Source of the DNA: a virus | Taxonomy: Duplodnaviria; Caudoviricetes | IMG/VR virus record: IMGVR_UViG_3300021963_000154 | Coordinates: 1-56,328 of that record | Reading direction: 5' to 3' (one strand) | Length of the DNA: 56,328 nucleotides | Shown here: positions 1-9,620 of the stretch, piece by piece | How the letters are laid out: each line of letters begins with the position of its first letter | How positions within the stretch are numbered: position 1 is the stretch's first letter | The notes under the pieces: generated by a model | The model's database searches: none | What the model was told of the DNA's origin: nothing | The model's input: the letters and a program-made list of their open reading frames with translations, nothing else | Translations under genes and position numbers: made by a program

Positions 1-941
1 GATGTCTGATATGCGTTGGGGATCGGACCGGTGTAGGTCGAGGACACCGAAGTCGGAATCGTGAACCCTTTCATCAGAGCGGCTTGCTGTGCAGCCACCT
101 GAAGCGGGAACAGTTGCTGATTCTGAGCCATCTGCTGTTGCTGAGCGCCCATCGTTGATAGCGCATTGACATCACCCATGCCGAGGTTCTGCGTCGTCGT
201 ACCCAAAGCACCCATCTGCGCCCCACCGCCCATCTGACGCTGTAGGTCGGCTTGTGCGGCTGTAATAGCGTTCTGGTAGCCACCAGCAAGCAATCCCTGT
301 TGCTGACCGCCCAAGTTCTGCAAGGCGCTTGTGATGTTCTGACCCAGCACATTAGCGCCACGGGTTGATCCAAATTGACCAGAGCCTACAGCACCCGCAG
401 TTGCCTGAGGAGAGATAGTGTTACGGATGTTCTGCAACCCTAAGCGACCAGCCTCATTAACTACACCGCTGATGTAGGGATTCATGTATGCAGCCGCCAT
501 ATTTGGAGCTGCAGTCGTTGCGGCGTTCATCGTGAGCGCATTAGCCGCTGCAAGGTTTGGCTGATAGTTGCCCACATTCGCCGCAGTTTGTTCAAACGCT
601 TGTTGCTGTAATGGCTGCGCACCAATGTACTGAGCGTTCTGACCGGCAGCAGTGCTTGTACCTGCCAAGTTGTTCAGGTAATCCATGTACCACGCAGGAG
701 CAGCCGTGGCTTGCTGTTGCGTAGTCGTAATGGATGGAAGGGCTGCACCCTGAGTAAATGACCCACCCGATGGCGTAGATGGTGTCGCTAACTGAGGAGG
801 CGTCACATAATTTGATGCGCCTGCGGTCAGGTTAGGGCCAGTCGCCGCTGTGAATGTCGCGCCCGGCGTAGGTGCTGCGGGTGCTGTCGGCAATGCAGGA
901 GTCGTCGTTGCGGTAGGATCAAGCGTTGTTGGATCAGCCAT
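1..941 (-). CDS. Virion ejection/DNA pilot-like protein, N-terminal part (runs off the left edge)
   Basis: Not in the ORF track because it has no stop in the window. ATG at 941 follows AAAGGAAAT. Reads MADPTTLDPTATTT...AYMNPYISGVV...AVGSGQFGSTRG...IPNAYQTS; Q/A/G-rich with YMNPY and FGS-RG motifs typical of podoviral ejection proteins. Confidence 0.75.
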   Translation of the reverse strand, partial: MADPTTLDPTATTTPALPTAPAAPTPGATFTAATGPNLTAGASNYVTPPQLATPSTPSGGSFTQGAALPSITTTQQQATAAPAWYMDYLNNLAGTSTAAGQNAQYIGAQPLQQQAFEQTAANVGNYQPNLAAANALTMNAATTAAPNMAAAYMNPYISGVVNEAGRLGLQNIRNTISPQATAGAVGSGQFGSTRGANVLGQNITSALQNLGGQQQGLLAGGYQNAITAAQADLQRQMGGGAQMGALGTTTQNLGMGDVNALSTMGAQQQQMAQNQQLFPLQVAAQQAALMKGFTIPTSVSSTYTGPIPNAYQT

Positions 942-1521
942 GATTATTTCCTTTACTTAAATTTTGTTTTGCGTGCAATACCTGCAAGTTCCAAGGCACA
1001 TGAAACCCAGATACTGTCTTGCCTTGCAAAGGGACAATGTGGTCAACATGATAAAACTCACCAACCACTTTTGAAATTTCCGCAGCTTCCCAATAAAACC
1101 GTTCAATCTGCTCATGATGTGCTTTAGTCAACCACAGCGGAGTACGCTGAAGCTTGGCGGCACGACGATTGGCAGTAGCGGCATATACCTTAATCGGGTT
1201 ATCTTGCTTCCAGCGCTTCTTAACAATTTTGGTATTTTCATGCTCAGGATTATCTTGACGCCATTGAGCAGCGCGATCAGCACCTTTTTGTAAGCGTATC
1301 AACCGCTGTTGTTCTGTTTCTGTAATGCGCGTTTTAACAGTTTGTAACCTAGCGCATTCCATACAACCACCGCTACTTACAATACGCTTTTCAATATGAC
1401 CGTTTTTGCACGGTTTGCCAGTAAAGTAATGAGTGTCGCCACGCAACTTTGCCTCATGGCGCAAACCACGATTCGGAGCAATTTGCCCTTTTTGAAAAGC
1501 CGTCGATGGCAGTTTTCTCAT
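934..1521 (-). CDS. HNH homing endonuclease
   Basis: YFTGKPCKNGH..CMEC N-terminus and RRAAKLQRTPLWL...HVDHIVPLQGKTVSGFHVPWNLQVL..N HNH core; overlaps both neighbouring genes. Confidence 0.9.
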   Translation of the reverse strand: MRKLPSTAFQKGQIAPNRGLRHEAKLRGDTHYFTGKPCKNGHIEKRIVSSGGCMECARLQTVKTRITETEQQRLIRLQKGADRAAQWRQDNPEHENTKIVKKRWKQDNPIKVYAATANRRAAKLQRTPLWLTKAHHEQIERFYWEAAEISKVVGEFYHVDHIVPLQGKTVSGFHVPWNLQVLHAKQNLSKGNNHG

Positions 1522-4500
1522 TTCATACCAACTTTTTTCATAGCCTCTTGCATATACATCAGTGGTGATGCCTTAGGCGGTATTTTATCCTTTGGAGCCG
1601 CTCTTGTGTGTTCTCTCAGAGATTCCCTGAAAGCATCCAACAATTTAGCACCAGCATCCGAAGAGCCGTTACCAAGGGTGGAAACAGAGGAGCTATCAAA
1701 TACAAACTCACCATCGGCAAGCATGGCAGGGATATCGTCCGATTGACCATCGCCACGACCCTTCACATAATGACCTGTCGCACCAGTGATGAACTCAGGG
1801 ATATGCTCACCCTCACCACCACCGTGTGCCTGACCGCCTTGAGCCAACATACCTGCGGGCAAGTTAGAAATCCCCGATCCTGCAGAAGCAAGCGGGTTTG
1901 ATCCCGACCCCTTGTACAGCCAGTCAGACGACGAAGCCTGACCTGTTGGAATCACAGGAATGCCGGGGGTCGGCTTAGCTTGTAATTGACTGCCTGCAAA
2001 CTTCGTAGGTTCGCCGCCAGAGGTGTCAGAACCGTAGGTGAAGTAGTTTGGTGCTTGGCGCTTTTGTAGGACGCTGTAGAGGCTAGGATCGATCCCATAG
2101 ACGCTTTGTTGCATCTGAGCAAGCTGTAGGGGGCTACCGCCTTGAGCGGCACGCACAGGCTGGAGCTGTTCGTAGACATTGTAATTCTCGAATGGGTTGT
2201 AATCGTTCACATTAGCACCTTGCAGGAATGTAGCCTCTAGATTGCCGGGCAACGCACCGGGGCTTGCCCCTTGAGCGCCTAAATTAAAGTATGAGTATGA
2301 TGGCGACGAAACTGTTGGGACTACTGGAGCTTTAGCGCCGCCCGTGCCTGAACCGCTCGTGCCTGTACCAGCGCCGCCGAGACCCAGACCGCTACCAAAG
2401 CCATCGCCTGATCCTGTACCCGTGCCTTCACCAACCCCAACTCCTGTCCCTGTACCTAAGCCACCAACATTAGTACCAGTTAAACCGCCTACGCCAGTTC
2501 CTGATATCGCTGCACCAGAATCAGCTCCTGTCGTTGCGCCAGCCCCAGTAGAAGTAACGCCTGAGCCAGTGTCTGTCCTTGCGGTGGTGGATGCGTTTGT
2601 AAGCGCCACAACATCAGAAGCTAACAGACCAGAAATATCAGCAAGCCTCTTGATGCCTTTGTCTGTTAATGACCCATCAGGATTAATTAAGCCGCTTGAA
2701 ATGGCTTGCTCAGGAGATACCCCCAACGCAGAAGAGTTAGACAAGATGCGCTGAGTGTCAATAGCGATGTCTTCTGCTGGTATATCACCTGCGCTCGCGG
2801 CTTCAGAAGCAATTCTATCGGCTTGGGATTCAGATTCAGACGCCTCCCCAGATGCGGTCAGCGCACCGGGCGCTCCCTCATTGCCAGCCGATGAAGCCCC
2901 CTGCGTCCCAAGACCGCCCGCTGGTTGGTTATCACCTGATGTGGAAGAGGATGCCGTAGGCTCTTTGACAGGCTCTTCAACAGGCTCTTTTGCAGTCTCT
3001 AGCGGAGGTGTAACTGGTGTAGGTGATGTTGACTGATCAATATAAACAGGAACTTGCTTGTCTAGCTGTACTTGATCGTAAATTTCTTTTATCAAGTCCT
3101 GCGGAGATGCTGTAGCGCTATTTGAATACTGATCTATAAAATTAATGCGCTCTTGCTCTGTTGGCTGACGCCCCGCCAAGGCAGGATACACCGCATCGAC
3201 AAGCGCTCCGGGTTCTTGAGTGAACTGATCTAGCGTCCTGTAAGAGACATCTAAACCTGCGTCCTCAAGCGCCTTGATTGCAGGTTCATATTCACTTGCT
3301 GGAAGCTGTGGCTGAAATGGCGATTCAAGTGGGGCATCTGGGTTATATGTCCCAGCGTTTATTCGATCTAATGCGCCAACAAATGCAGGATCATCTACAG
3401 ACTCCGCCGTAGGCAACCCAAGCTTTTCCATTTCTTCGTTATAGATTCGTAGCGTGTCTTCATCACCAGTGACAGATACTTCAGGCAATGTTGGGGTATT
3501 TTCTACAGCAACAGGATTTACATCACTTGTCGTTGCACTTGCCAGAGGAGCCGATGGCGTTCCAATGTATGGGTTCTCCAGTCCCGCTAAAAGCGCATTG
3601 GTTACATCATCAGGATTGACAGCCTGATTGATGGCGTTTTGCACAAGGGGAGGAGTAATGACTGTCTCAGCAGTTACTGGCGTATTGCGGTTGATAGCGT
3701 CCTGCACCAAGGGTGGCGGATTGCGATTAATCACATCCTCTGCGTCTTGCTGAAAGATGCTATCTATCACATCAGTCTGACTTGGTGGTGGAGCCATATC
3801 TCCATACTCACCAAGGAAACCACCAGCCGTCGTCTTTGGCGTCAGGTAGTCTTTAACCGTCTGAGCGAGTTCTGACTCTGACAAGTCTTTAAATGCGCCA
3901 CTAGCGATATCTTTACCGAGGCTGACCAATCCATTGGTGACGCCGCTTACCGCCGCATTAGAGATGTCTTGACCATTAAACCCAGCGCCAATCACGCTTC
4001 CTGCCGTACTCATGATGATATTTTGAATCGGCTTGGGCAGGCTAGAGATAATATTGGATGTCTCTGGGGGTAGCGCCTCGTTTAAGACAACAGGCAATGT
4101 GCTATTGATGAGCGAAGAGATAAGTGCGTTCGGTACATTGCCGCCCGCAATCGCCGCCAAGCCTGTCTGAATACCAGCCTTTGCTGCGATGTTGCCTACA
4201 GTGCCAAGGTCGGCTGCACCTACAAAACCACCCAGACCTGCTCCTACACCGCCCAAAATACCTGCCTTGAGCATTTGATCTGGCGTTGCGCCTTGAATTC
4301 CAGCTACGGCTATGCTTGTCAGTGCGCCTTTTGCTGCAGTCAAACCGATTGCCGCAGTCGAACCCGGCGCAGCGGCTGCCACAGATGCAGGCACTAACGC
4401 ACCGCTTGCGAGACCAGCCGTCAAACCAGCAGCGACAAGCGCACCAGCCTTTGCCCAGCCGCCCTCGCCCATGAATCCGCCAGTATCCTTACTGTACGGG

Positions 4501-5687
4501 TCCATAATTGGGGCAAATGTGCTTCCACCTGAGCCGAGGGTAGAGATGAATTTGTTGTCGCCGTACTTGTACTCTGTAACGAATTTGCCTTGGTTTGGAT
4601 CAAACACCGATCCAATCGGTTTTACATCACTGGCTTTTGTCCACTCTCCCGTCAATCTATTGACGAACTCCGTGAGGTTGCCATTAGCATCGTAGCGCTG
4701 ATATGGCTCACCATCTTCGTTCTTTAATTCGTAAGCGTATCCAACCGCCTGACCTCTGCCTAAACCGAATGGAGTATTCTTTTCGGATACCGCTTGCTTC
4801 AGCAGGTCATCCAATGTAAATACAGGGCTACTAGAGCTTGTACCTGAGTCTCCAGCGCCTTCAAAATTGACGCTGTATTTACCACCATCTTGTGGGGCAA
4901 CAGCAGATATGATGCTGCCAGATTTATCAACCAAGTATGTCTCGGTAGAGCCACTTCCTGCGTCGCCACCGCCGCCACCTGTGATCGTATCAATGCGGAA
5001 TGGTGAATCTAATTTCTGTTTAAGGGCGTTGGCTTCCTCAATGTACGGCTGTGCTAGATCAGGTCTGCCCTGCTCCATCTGCCAATTGGCAAGCTTGGCT
5101 GCGTTGTAATACTGAGTCTCTGTGTCAGTGGTGTATCCGTATTGGTCTAGATTAAATGGCGTATATGTTGGAGCAGCGGGGGCAAGAGGTGCAACAGGGG
5201 CGGCTGGAGCAGGCGCTGGAGACAACCCCATAGACTGACCTTCTGGGCTAGTTCTGAGAGCCTCACGCATTTGCTCGCCGGTCATGCCTTGATTCAACAG
5301 GTTAGTAAATGTTGCCATCCCGCTTGGATCGGCTTGTCTACCAAATGTCTGCTGATAGATATCATTCACCGTCTGCGTCCAATCAGGAGCTGCTGGAGCT
5401 ACAGGAAGCGCAGGTGCAGGTGCTGGCTCAGGCGGAGGCGACCAAGGAGCTGGCGCAGGTGCAGGAGCGGGTGCTTCAGGCGGTGGAGACCAAGGAGCAG
5501 GTGCAGGTTCTGGGTCAGGAATCCAAACCGCCCCGGCGTCTCCGCCGCCACCCCACGATCCACCAGTAGGTTCTGGTTCGTAGTACCAGCTATCACCACC
5601 ATGCAGACGCATAGAGCGTCCACCCACGACACTGCCACGAGGCTTAAAAGCACCGATTGGCAACATACTGTCGTGGTTATATTTCAT
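1518..5687 (-). CDS. Large internal virion/ejection protein (1389 aa)
   Basis: Leader ending RLHGG, Pro-rich linker, DUF4214-like helix pair (IYQQTFGRQADPSG), Gly/Ala hydrophobic helices, C-terminal GDGQSDDIPAMLADGEFV domain; lies after the GNAT and nozzle genes. Confidence 0.65.
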   Translation of the reverse strand: MKYNHDSMLPIGAFKPRGSVVGGRSMRLHGGDSWYYEPEPTGGSWGGGGDAGAVWIPDPEPAPAPWSPPPEAPAPAPAPAPWSPPPEPAPAPALPVAPAAPDWTQTVNDIYQQTFGRQADPSGMATFTNLLNQGMTGEQMREALRTSPEGQSMGLSPAPAPAAPVAPLAPAAPTYTPFNLDQYGYTTDTETQYYNAAKLANWQMEQGRPDLAQPYIEEANALKQKLDSPFRIDTITGGGGGDAGSGSTETYLVDKSGSIISAVAPQDGGKYSVNFEGAGDSGTSSSSPVFTLDDLLKQAVSEKNTPFGLGRGQAVGYAYELKNEDGEPYQRYDANGNLTEFVNRLTGEWTKASDVKPIGSVFDPNQGKFVTEYKYGDNKFISTLGSGGSTFAPIMDPYSKDTGGFMGEGGWAKAGALVAAGLTAGLASGALVPASVAAAAPGSTAAIGLTAAKGALTSIAVAGIQGATPDQMLKAGILGGVGAGLGGFVGAADLGTVGNIAAKAGIQTGLAAIAGGNVPNALISSLINSTLPVVLNEALPPETSNIISSLPKPIQNIIMSTAGSVIGAGFNGQDISNAAVSGVTNGLVSLGKDIASGAFKDLSESELAQTVKDYLTPKTTAGGFLGEYGDMAPPPSQTDVIDSIFQQDAEDVINRNPPPLVQDAINRNTPVTAETVITPPLVQNAINQAVNPDDVTNALLAGLENPYIGTPSAPLASATTSDVNPVAVENTPTLPEVSVTGDEDTLRIYNEEMEKLGLPTAESVDDPAFVGALDRINAGTYNPDAPLESPFQPQLPASEYEPAIKALEDAGLDVSYRTLDQFTQEPGALVDAVYPALAGRQPTEQERINFIDQYSNSATASPQDLIKEIYDQVQLDKQVPVYIDQSTSPTPVTPPLETAKEPVEEPVKEPTASSSTSGDNQPAGGLGTQGASSAGNEGAPGALTASGEASESESQADRIASEAASAGDIPAEDIAIDTQRILSNSSALGVSPEQAISSGLINPDGSLTDKGIKRLADISGLLASDVVALTNASTTARTDTGSGVTSTGAGATTGADSGAAISGTGVGGLTGTNVGGLGTGTGVGVGEGTGTGSGDGFGSGLGLGGAGTGTSGSGTGGAKAPVVPTVSSPSYSYFNLGAQGASPGALPGNLEATFLQGANVNDYNPFENYNVYEQLQPVRAAQGGSPLQLAQMQQSVYGIDPSLYSVLQKRQAPNYFTYGSDTSGGEPTKFAGSQLQAKPTPGIPVIPTGQASSSDWLYKGSGSNPLASAGSGISNLPAGMLAQGGQAHGGGEGEHIPEFITGATGHYVKGRGDGQSDDIPAMLADGEFVFDSSSVSTLGNGSSDAGAKLLDAFRESLREHTRAAPKDKIPPKASPLMYMQEAMKKVGMK

Positions 5688-6130
5688 GCAAGCACCTTAG
5701 TGAAATTCTTTTCGTAATGCGTATAACCCAACGACTCAATCATCTCTGTGTGATCGTGGTCTACCTTACAACTAATCATCACACGATTAACGCCAGCATT
5801 ACGCAACACATTTTCTGCGTACTTAAATAATGCTTTACCGATCCCGTTGCCTCTACATTTAGGAACAATGTAGTACCAATCTTCTTTGGCTATTTTATAG
5901 CCCTTGTGACGCATATGATCGTACACAAAAAAACCAATCCATCCTATAAGTTCATCGCCTATTCGACAGGTAATCATTTGGTAGATGTTCTTTGCCGCCA
6001 CATACCGATCCCAGTTGATGTCTAGTGGCGTATCGTCAAATGCGTTTACTTCTGCATGATGAGCGACAGACAAAGGAGCCAACTCATCAATTATGTCTTC
6101 AATATGCTCAACACCAAACTGAGGACTCAT
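5684..6130 (-). CDS. GNAT-family acetyltransferase (P22 gp14-like position)
   Basis: YIVPKCRGNGIGKALFKYAE (GNAT motif A R-G-x-G) and ESLGY; start at 6130 by ATGA overlap with the upstream gene. Confidence 0.85.
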   Translation of the reverse strand: MSPQFGVEHIEDIIDELAPLSVAHHAEVNAFDDTPLDINWDRYVAAKNIYQMITCRIGDELIGWIGFFVYDHMRHKGYKIAKEDWYYIVPKCRGNGIGKALFKYAENVLRNAGVNRVMISCKVDHDHTEMIESLGYTHYEKNFTKVLA

Positions 6131-6360
6131 GGCTGTATGCTCATAATTCCGACGATCGATACCGCCCAATCTTCCCAATTATCAAAGGTGCGTGAGTCAG
6201 GGATATTGGAACTCATAAAGTAACCAATCCCTGCCATTGCATCACCCCACTCACGCCACCGATCCTCTGGCACTGTACCCAATTGCTGTGGCGCAAACAA
6301 CTCAGCCATAAGCGCACACCATGAGTCCCAACTCTGCCCGCGAGGATCGTATGTGACCAT
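6127..6360 (-). CDS. Small Trp-rich virion-module protein
   Basis: MVTYDPRGQSWDSW...FDNWEDWA; translationally coupled (TAATG) to the nozzle gene. Confidence 0.7.
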   Translation of the reverse strand: MVTYDPRGQSWDSWCALMAELFAPQQLGTVPEDRWREWGDAMAGIGYFMSSNIPDSRTFDNWEDWAVSIVGIMSIQP

Positions 6361-8384
6361 TATGGGTTGCCTGTGCTTCTTACATCGCCAACATCCGCAG
6401 AGAGTAGGTTCAGACCGCACTCGTAGTTGCCGTTGACGACATTACTCTCAAACCTCAAGCGCATCTCACGACGCTGCTCACGCAAGTCAATCTTCAATGT
6501 ATCGGGGGCAAAGACATACGGTCCTGTCACCACATCGACATCTGACGCATACCCCTTACCTGTGACATACATATTCATGTCGCCAGACTGCACAAAGTCG
6601 GGTTCAACACGCTCAAGCCTGATCCAGTTGTTCATGCCTACTGGGTCGTTCTGGTTCGGGCCACCATTCACCCATCCAAGACTATCCGTCTCAAAGTAGC
6701 TCTGGATCGCTGTCTCTTGGCTCAAGTTCACACGGTTTGTGCCTGACTCTTGTTGCCAGAGAGTGTATGTACCCGCATCGTTCTCTTCGTTGCCAGCCCA
6801 GATTGGCTTGCGGAACACCTCAGAGAATGTTCCTGCAGAGCGACGAGCGCCTAATGCCTCGCCTGCGTCATACCAAATCTTCTCTCTGACGTTAAAGATG
6901 ATTGCGTCCGTACATTCAGTTGCATTACCACGGGGATAGAACCACCAAATCTCACCCCAGCGAGGAATCTTCGTTGCCCACACTTTTTGACGTTGAGCAT
7001 AGTTCAGGTTGTCAAAGAAGTGGTTGATGTTCATGTTGTTCTGAACCTCAGTCACAACACCGTTGTACATCAAGAATCGATCCACGCCGCACCAAAAGAA
7101 CAATCCGTCGTACTCAATCACGCTCGATGAGGACAGAATTGAACTCTGGCTACTGACAATGTCATAGCGCCAATAGATCGTGCTTGTTCCGACCGTTGTA
7201 GGGGCGTAGCTCACACGAATAAGGGAGTCTAACGACCAGAACAAGCCAGATGGTGAAGTTGTACCACCTCGCACAGGTAGACCCTTGACGATCTTTCCTG
7301 CCGATACTGTGTTCTCGTTGGCATCGGCTGACACCCAGTCTTGGAAGTTGCCAGCCGAGCTGTTCTTTATCAAACCGTTGTTGCCGTACACAAACAAGTA
7401 CGGATGCAACATCACACACCCACCTGATACGCTGATGTTATTGTTGAATGTAAGCGTCAATGCGCCCGCTGTCGTGGCTGTATTGGACAGCGTGACATCA
7501 GTTGTAGATGATCCAATCACAACATTAGTGACAGTCGTGCCTGATGGGATGCCTGTACCCGTTACAGTCTGACCGATAGCGATCAAAGCGTTGATGGAGT
7601 TGATGGTGAACACGCTGGGTGGTCCTACCACCATCGTGCCAGCCGCCGTAAACACTCCGACTTGGCTCATCACCCCAGCAGGGAAATCGCCAATCAGCAC
7701 AGGTGTATTGATCGTGTTGTCAATATTCGTCAGATTCTGACCGGGGTGCGCAATAATAGTTTGATTGCCTGATCCACCAGAATCAAAACCAATGTCAAAT
7801 TGCCAAAGATTATTTGCGTTGGCAGTAAAACTTGAATCAACAGTTCCAACGGTAATAGAAAATCCAGTGCCAGTGCCACCAATGCTTGCCGCAGGCGCGC
7901 TTAGTACATCACCAGACAGGTAACCAATACCACCCGAAACCAAAGTCACCACCGTAACGACAGCGCCAGCAACCGTAATATCTGCAATAGCACCAGAGCC
8001 TGAGCCACCCGTTAGTGAAACACCAGAATAAGTACCGTTCGTGTATGCACTACCACCCACCAAAGTAGGTGTGGTTAAAATAGCCCCAGAGAATTGAATG
8101 TTGGTTGGGCCTGACCCAACACCATCATCGTCATCAGTTACCCACTCTTGCAGACCATCGCTCCATCCTGAGTAAACATAGTTCAGACCGTTTTCTGAGT
8201 TTAAAATCATGCCACGGCTGATTCCTGCAGCGTTCTGGAAGATCCCCTTGTAGCCACCCACCTTGCGAGGACGACCACGCTGAAAGCGCACCCATCTACC
8301 ATCAACATAAACAGGCGCATCAAATTGAGTACCATCGCGCTGGATGCCCGGCTTAATGTTTAGACTAATGACTTTGGTTGCCAT
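6360..8384 (-). CDS. Tail nozzle/tail tubular B-like (P22 gp10-like) protein
   Basis: MATKVISLNIKPGIQRDGT...WVRFQRGRPRKVGGY; beta-propeller-like composition, EIWWFYP, C-terminal REQRREMRLRFESN; position in the tail module. Confidence 0.7.
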   Translation of the reverse strand: MATKVISLNIKPGIQRDGTQFDAPVYVDGRWVRFQRGRPRKVGGYKGIFQNAAGISRGMILNSENGLNYVYSGWSDGLQEWVTDDDDGVGSGPTNIQFSGAILTTPTLVGGSAYTNGTYSGVSLTGGSGSGAIADITVAGAVVTVVTLVSGGIGYLSGDVLSAPAASIGGTGTGFSITVGTVDSSFTANANNLWQFDIGFDSGGSGNQTIIAHPGQNLTNIDNTINTPVLIGDFPAGVMSQVGVFTAAGTMVVGPPSVFTINSINALIAIGQTVTGTGIPSGTTVTNVVIGSSTTDVTLSNTATTAGALTLTFNNNISVSGGCVMLHPYLFVYGNNGLIKNSSAGNFQDWVSADANENTVSAGKIVKGLPVRGGTTSPSGLFWSLDSLIRVSYAPTTVGTSTIYWRYDIVSSQSSILSSSSVIEYDGLFFWCGVDRFLMYNGVVTEVQNNMNINHFFDNLNYAQRQKVWATKIPRWGEIWWFYPRGNATECTDAIIFNVREKIWYDAGEALGARRSAGTFSEVFRKPIWAGNEENDAGTYTLWQQESGTNRVNLSQETAIQSYFETDSLGWVNGGPNQNDPVGMNNWIRLERVEPDFVQSGDMNMYVTGKGYASDVDVVTGPYVFAPDTLKIDLREQRREMRLRFESNVVNGNYECGLNLLSADVGDVRSTGNP

Positions 8385-8385
8385 A

Positions 8386-9612
8386 TCAGAATGTACCGCC
8401 CGAGACGCCAGCAGGAACAAACAAACCACTAGTAGTAAGCGTCAATGCGTTTGACCCGCCCAAAGCAAAACCAACTTGGTTGGTCGCGGGCTGATACATA
8501 CCAGTGGTTATGTTGCCCGCAAAATTTAGTGAAGGGGCTGATGCCGATCCGGGATTAATGGTTAATGATGTAACCACGCCCCCAGATGCCGAGCTTGAGT
8601 TAAATACATTTGTACCGTCACAAATGACCGTTAGCGTCTGACCTTGCGGAACAGTAACAGTTGCCGCACCAACAGCCGATGTCTTGAAGGTTAATAAATA
8701 CGATCCAGTTGTCTGATTGTTCAGGTAATAAATCTGTACCGTAGACGGCAGAACGATGATCTGGTTCGATGTTAAAGCGCCGAAGTATTCCTGCACGACG
8801 TTTGCATATTCAACCGCTGTAAGCGTGTCTGTGCCGCCTGTAACGGTCTTTGCAAGCTGTGTGTACGCAAATGTATTACTACGCCCATATGCAAATGTGC
8901 TATAGCCATCAATGCCGTTTGATACAACAACTAATGACTCAGTAAGCTGTAGCTGCTGAGAGGAGTTGGTGTCAATAGTGTCTGTGCCGCTAGGGTTAAT
9001 GGTTAGGATGCCTGATCCACCATTTCGGATCATTACAAACCAACCATTACCGACCGAAGACGCTGTGGGTAATGTAAGCGTACCCACACCACCTGCCCAG
9101 ACTAAAAATTGAGCGCGGTAAGTGTCATTCAAAGCGGTGCTTGAAAAAACAGAACTCTCTACATATTCCTGATTAAGCGTAACGCCCGAAGCAAATAATC
9201 CATACCCAGCCAATGCCGCAGCGTTTGCCGAGGAAGTGCCTGCGCCAAATGTAACGGTAGACCATATACCATTATTTGTAGAATTGTTGGTGAGGAATAT
9301 GTATTGCGCTACGCCTGACGCAATCGATACAATCGTGTTGCCAGAGATATCTGTAACGGTGAATGTGTTTGATCCAATGTTTTGAATCAAGACGCTCTGA
9401 CCTGTGCTGACTTGCAGCGCAGATGGCATCAATAGGTCTAATCCCGTTGTCGTCGCCGTAACTTGGATAATCGCCGCAACAACATTGGTGTTTGTCGTCC
9501 CATTGATGGGCCAATCCAACTCCGTGTTCGTTGATATCGTAAGTTGATCGTAGCCCACTTGCGATGGGCTGATGGTCTGTCCCGTAATAGGGTTGACATA
9601 TGCATTAGTCAT
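8386..9612 (-). CDS. Tail/structural protein
   Basis: Thr/Ser/Gly-rich beta protein with repeated LPxA..G.GW and C-terminal GSASAPSLNF...SGGTF. Confidence 0.65.
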   Translation of the reverse strand: MTNAYVNPITGQTISPSQVGYDQLTISTNTELDWPINGTTNTNVVAAIIQVTATTTGLDLLMPSALQVSTGQSVLIQNIGSNTFTVTDISGNTIVSIASGVAQYIFLTNNSTNNGIWSTVTFGAGTSSANAAALAGYGLFASGVTLNQEYVESSVFSSTALNDTYRAQFLVWAGGVGTLTLPTASSVGNGWFVMIRNGGSGILTINPSGTDTIDTNSSQQLQLTESLVVVSNGIDGYSTFAYGRSNTFAYTQLAKTVTGGTDTLTAVEYANVVQEYFGALTSNQIIVLPSTVQIYYLNNQTTGSYLLTFKTSAVGAATVTVPQGQTLTVICDGTNVFNSSSASGGVVTSLTINPGSASAPSLNFAGNITTGMYQPATNQVGFALGGSNALTLTTSGLFVPAGVSGGTF

Positions 9613-9620
9613 GGTTACCT

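Noticed and set aside
5380-5520. Tandem gcaggtgcagg/ccaaggagc repeats as a CRISPR array or mobile repeat
   Set aside because: In-frame coding repeats (PAPAPWSPPPE) without unique spacers
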